Shown here: positions 61,912 through 64,000 of the stretch, piece by piece
Position numbering within the stretch: position 1 is the first letter of the stretch
How the letters are laid out: the number at the start of each line of letters is the position of its first letter
Source: a bacterium
Lineage (GTDB): Bacteria; Actinomycetota; Acidimicrobiia; Acidimicrobiales; Bin134
Direction: 5' to 3'
DNA length: 64,000 bases
NCBI GenBank assembly: GCA_026709025.1
Contig: JAPOTT010000008.1
Location: forward strand, 4,848-68,847
The notes under the pieces: generated by a model
The model's input: only the letters and a program-made list of their open reading frames with translations
The model's database searches: none
Told to the model about the DNA's origin: nothing
Made by a program: the position numbers and the translations under genes

Positions 61912-62760
61912 TCATGCCGGGTTGAACAGGGTGTCGGCAGACAGCTTTGACTCGATCACCCTGGTTACTGCCTCCATCTCGACATTGGCCTCAGCTTGAA
62001 GTCCCAGGCACTCCGCTATACCGCTGACATCTGTGCTCAAGCGGGTTCCCAGCGCCAAGCGGCTGCCCTCCTTCCCGCGAGCGAGCCGATAGGCGTGGAA
62101 GTGCATGGGGTCTCCCGTGTTGGCCTCGTTCATGTGGTCAAACGCGAACTCCCCGCTCATATAGTCCAGCAGCCTGTCTTGGAGGACTAGAACGAGGTGG
62201 CGGTTCAAATGGTCGAACGTTCCAATCTTGTGGTGCATCTGAATAAGGGTCGTCTTGGCGGTGTGCTTCCAGTTCATGCCATAGGGCTTTGCCGACAACA
62301 CGTCAGCGTCGTCCACGTCGATGCCAATGGAGCGGAGCAACCTCTGCCGCTCCGGCCACACCGTCCCGGTAGTGTCCATCGTCTGGAGTTCGATTCCGAC
62401 GAAGTCCACCACCCGCCCGTCTCGGACAGACGCTAGAAAGTAGTCCACACTTCCCCCAGGAATGGCGACTTCGGCCACCGTGTGGAGTTCATTGCCAGGC
62501 AAGTGCGAGCGCAGCAGGTGGAGGCAGTCCACGAATATCTGTCGGCGCTCAAGCAGACGGGACGGACATATCATTATCGGGTCGCCGGAACGCCCATACT
62601 CCACCGTGCATGTGCCGATGGACACTTCGGGGCTCGATTTGCGGACCTTGTAGCACTTCCTCTCGATAAACGGGCAATGCTGCTCATCGACCAGGCCTCG
62701 CCAGTCCACCCCTGCCCCGGCAGCGACATCCACGCCGAAGAAGTCGACGATCCGGCTCAC
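61912..62760 (-). CDS. NotI-family type II restriction endonuclease
   Basis: CPF...KCYK...GTC...ICPSR Cys4 cluster, VDYFL, IELQTMDTTG, GMNWK; GTG start overlaps the MTase TGA. Confidence 0.75.
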   Translation of the reverse strand: MSRIVDFFGVDVAAGAGVDWRGLVDEQHCPFIERKCYKVRKSSPEVSIGTCTVEYGRSGDPIMICPSRLLERRQIFVDCLHLLRSHLPGNELHTVAEVAIPGGSVDYFLASVRDGRVVDFVGIELQTMDTTGTVWPERQRLLRSIGIDVDDADVLSAKPYGMNWKHTAKTTLIQMHHKIGTFDHLNRHLVLVLQDRLLDYMSGEFAFDHMNEANTGDPMHFHAYRLARGKEGSRLALGTRLSTDVSGIAECLGLQAEANVEMEAVTRVIESKLSADTLFNPA

Positions 62761-63854
62761 GGCAAAAGGCCGAGGCGTTCCTCGGACATGGCGACGTAAT
62801 CGGGGGAAATGTCGATTCCCACAGCCCGCCTGCCGAGGCTGCGGGCCACGGCCAGAGCGGTCCCTGTGCCGCAGAACGGATCGAGGACCACACCCCCAGG
62901 GGGACAGGTGGCCAGGATCGGCACACGGCAGAGATCTTCTGGGAACGGGGCGAAATGAGAACTCCTGCCCTGGGTGTCCTCCGGGATGATGTCCCACACG
63001 TCCGATGGTTTCGGGCCTCTGGGGTGGAACTTGAGGAAGTAGAACCCCTTGTCCCTGATCTCCTTGGCCCTGCCGGACACGCTCTCGCTGTCCGAGTGTG
63101 TGACCCGCTGCTGGCCGCGGATAATCATGCGGAAATCGGAGTGCTTGCCAAGCGCCATATCCTGGAGGACTTGGTCCAGCGCCGCCAGTGCAGCGCTCTT
63201 CTCTTGGTCTGTGAGGCTGGTGGACAACTCGATCTGCCTCCTGTAGCGAACCCCGGACACGCCGGTTGCCGACACGACAGCGCCGTTGCGAACCTGTGCG
63301 GAACGCGGCTTGGATCGGATGGCGTCCATGTCGTAATAGCAGCGCTTCTCCTTCACAAAGTGGAACACATCCTCGTAGACGTGCCGGAGCTTGTCCTTGG
63401 AACTGTCCGGTGACCCCTTCACCTTGTGCCAAATGACATCGTTCCGAAGTATCCACCCCTGCTCGTCCATCAGCTTGATGGCAACACGCCACGGAATCCC
63501 CATCAGAGACTTACCCCTGTACACATCCCCTATGTTCAACCACAGTGACCCCTGAGGGGTGAGAACTCGCTTAATCTCAAGCAGAATCTCACACAGGGCG
63601 TCGATGTACGCCTCTAGCCTTGTCTCCGAGCCCAATCCGCCACTGGCATACTCTCTCTGTTTCCAGTACGGAGGGGATGTGACACAACAGTGTACTGAAG
63701 TCGGTGGTAGCCTTCTGAGGACATCCATGGCATCCCCACACAGCACCTCTGAGCGATCTGCTCTGGCCCCAGATGCGAACACGGACAATCCGCTGTCGGT
63801 GAACAGCGTCCCTGTGGCAAAATCCACCTCCGCCCCTGTCTCCAGCACAGTCAT
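62757..63854 (-). CDS. Site-specific DNA methyltransferase (beta class, likely N4-cytosine)
   Basis: TSPPY motif IV, LWLNIGD, HFAPFP, LDPFCGTGT motif I. Confidence 0.9.
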   Translation of the reverse strand: MTVLETGAEVDFATGTLFTDSGLSVFASGARADRSEVLCGDAMDVLRRLPPTSVHCCVTSPPYWKQREYASGGLGSETRLEAYIDALCEILLEIKRVLTPQGSLWLNIGDVYRGKSLMGIPWRVAIKLMDEQGWILRNDVIWHKVKGSPDSSKDKLRHVYEDVFHFVKEKRCYYDMDAIRSKPRSAQVRNGAVVSATGVSGVRYRRQIELSTSLTDQEKSAALAALDQVLQDMALGKHSDFRMIIRGQQRVTHSDSESVSGRAKEIRDKGFYFLKFHPRGPKPSDVWDIIPEDTQGRSSHFAPFPEDLCRVPILATCPPGGVVLDPFCGTGTALAVARSLGRRAVGIDISPDYVAMSEERLGLLP

Positions 63855-64000
63855 TGCCCGTCGTCCAATTCCAGATCGCAGGCATCTATGGCATCGGGGG
63901 GCAGGCTAAGCAGCCAATCGACCGCTCGCTCGAAGTCCTCCCACGCCACCACGGGCTCCTCGGGGGTCACGACGCGGCCTCCAGTCTCTTGTGCTGGTGC

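Noticed and set aside
61912-63492. 526-aa ORF suggesting a large or overlapping protein
   Set aside because: The first 244 codons are an alternate frame of the MTase gene; the real REase starts at GTG 62760 overlapping the MTase stop

Overview
A mostly core-chromosome window from an actinobacterium; protein style and gene order suggest Acidimicrobiia, which is inference only. Housekeeping blocks: tRNA-Leu (partial)/secG, gap-pgk-tpiA, uvrC-rapZ, nadA-folD, gcvP/gcvT/gcvH, coaE, mtr, an SbcCD-like pair-aroC-trpC, the pgsA-gcvH-FHA-merR-hpt-BFN-merR cluster, a fused ETF-NUDIX-lipoprotein-P-type ATPase run, trpB2 and ilvD-ilvB-ilvN-ilvC-metY. Three accessory patches: about 35.4-40.1 kb (metzincin + lipoprotein, MTase-HNH fusion, DUF222-HNH), about 48.4-49.9 kb (deleted RecG-C/HTH gene, gene fragment, 23-bp repeat array) and about 61.9-64 kb (NotI-family R-M pair). 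Main signals missed by the ORF track: (1) an NAD+-I (nadA-motif)-like riboswitch aptamer before nadA, a class I know mainly from Acidobacteria; (2) a methyltransferase-HNH fusion whose start is out of frame across a (GA)10 tract, i.e. a candidate phase-variable gene in the OFF state; (3) two probable selenoproteins with in-frame UGA in redox motifs (TlpA-like UxxC lipoprotein, Rdx CxxU) and SECIS-like hairpins; (4) PafBC/RecA-NDp-type promoters before DNA-repair/HNH genes; (5) pervasive short tandem micro-duplications and abundant CTAG. All calls are made by eye from motifs; no database search was run.
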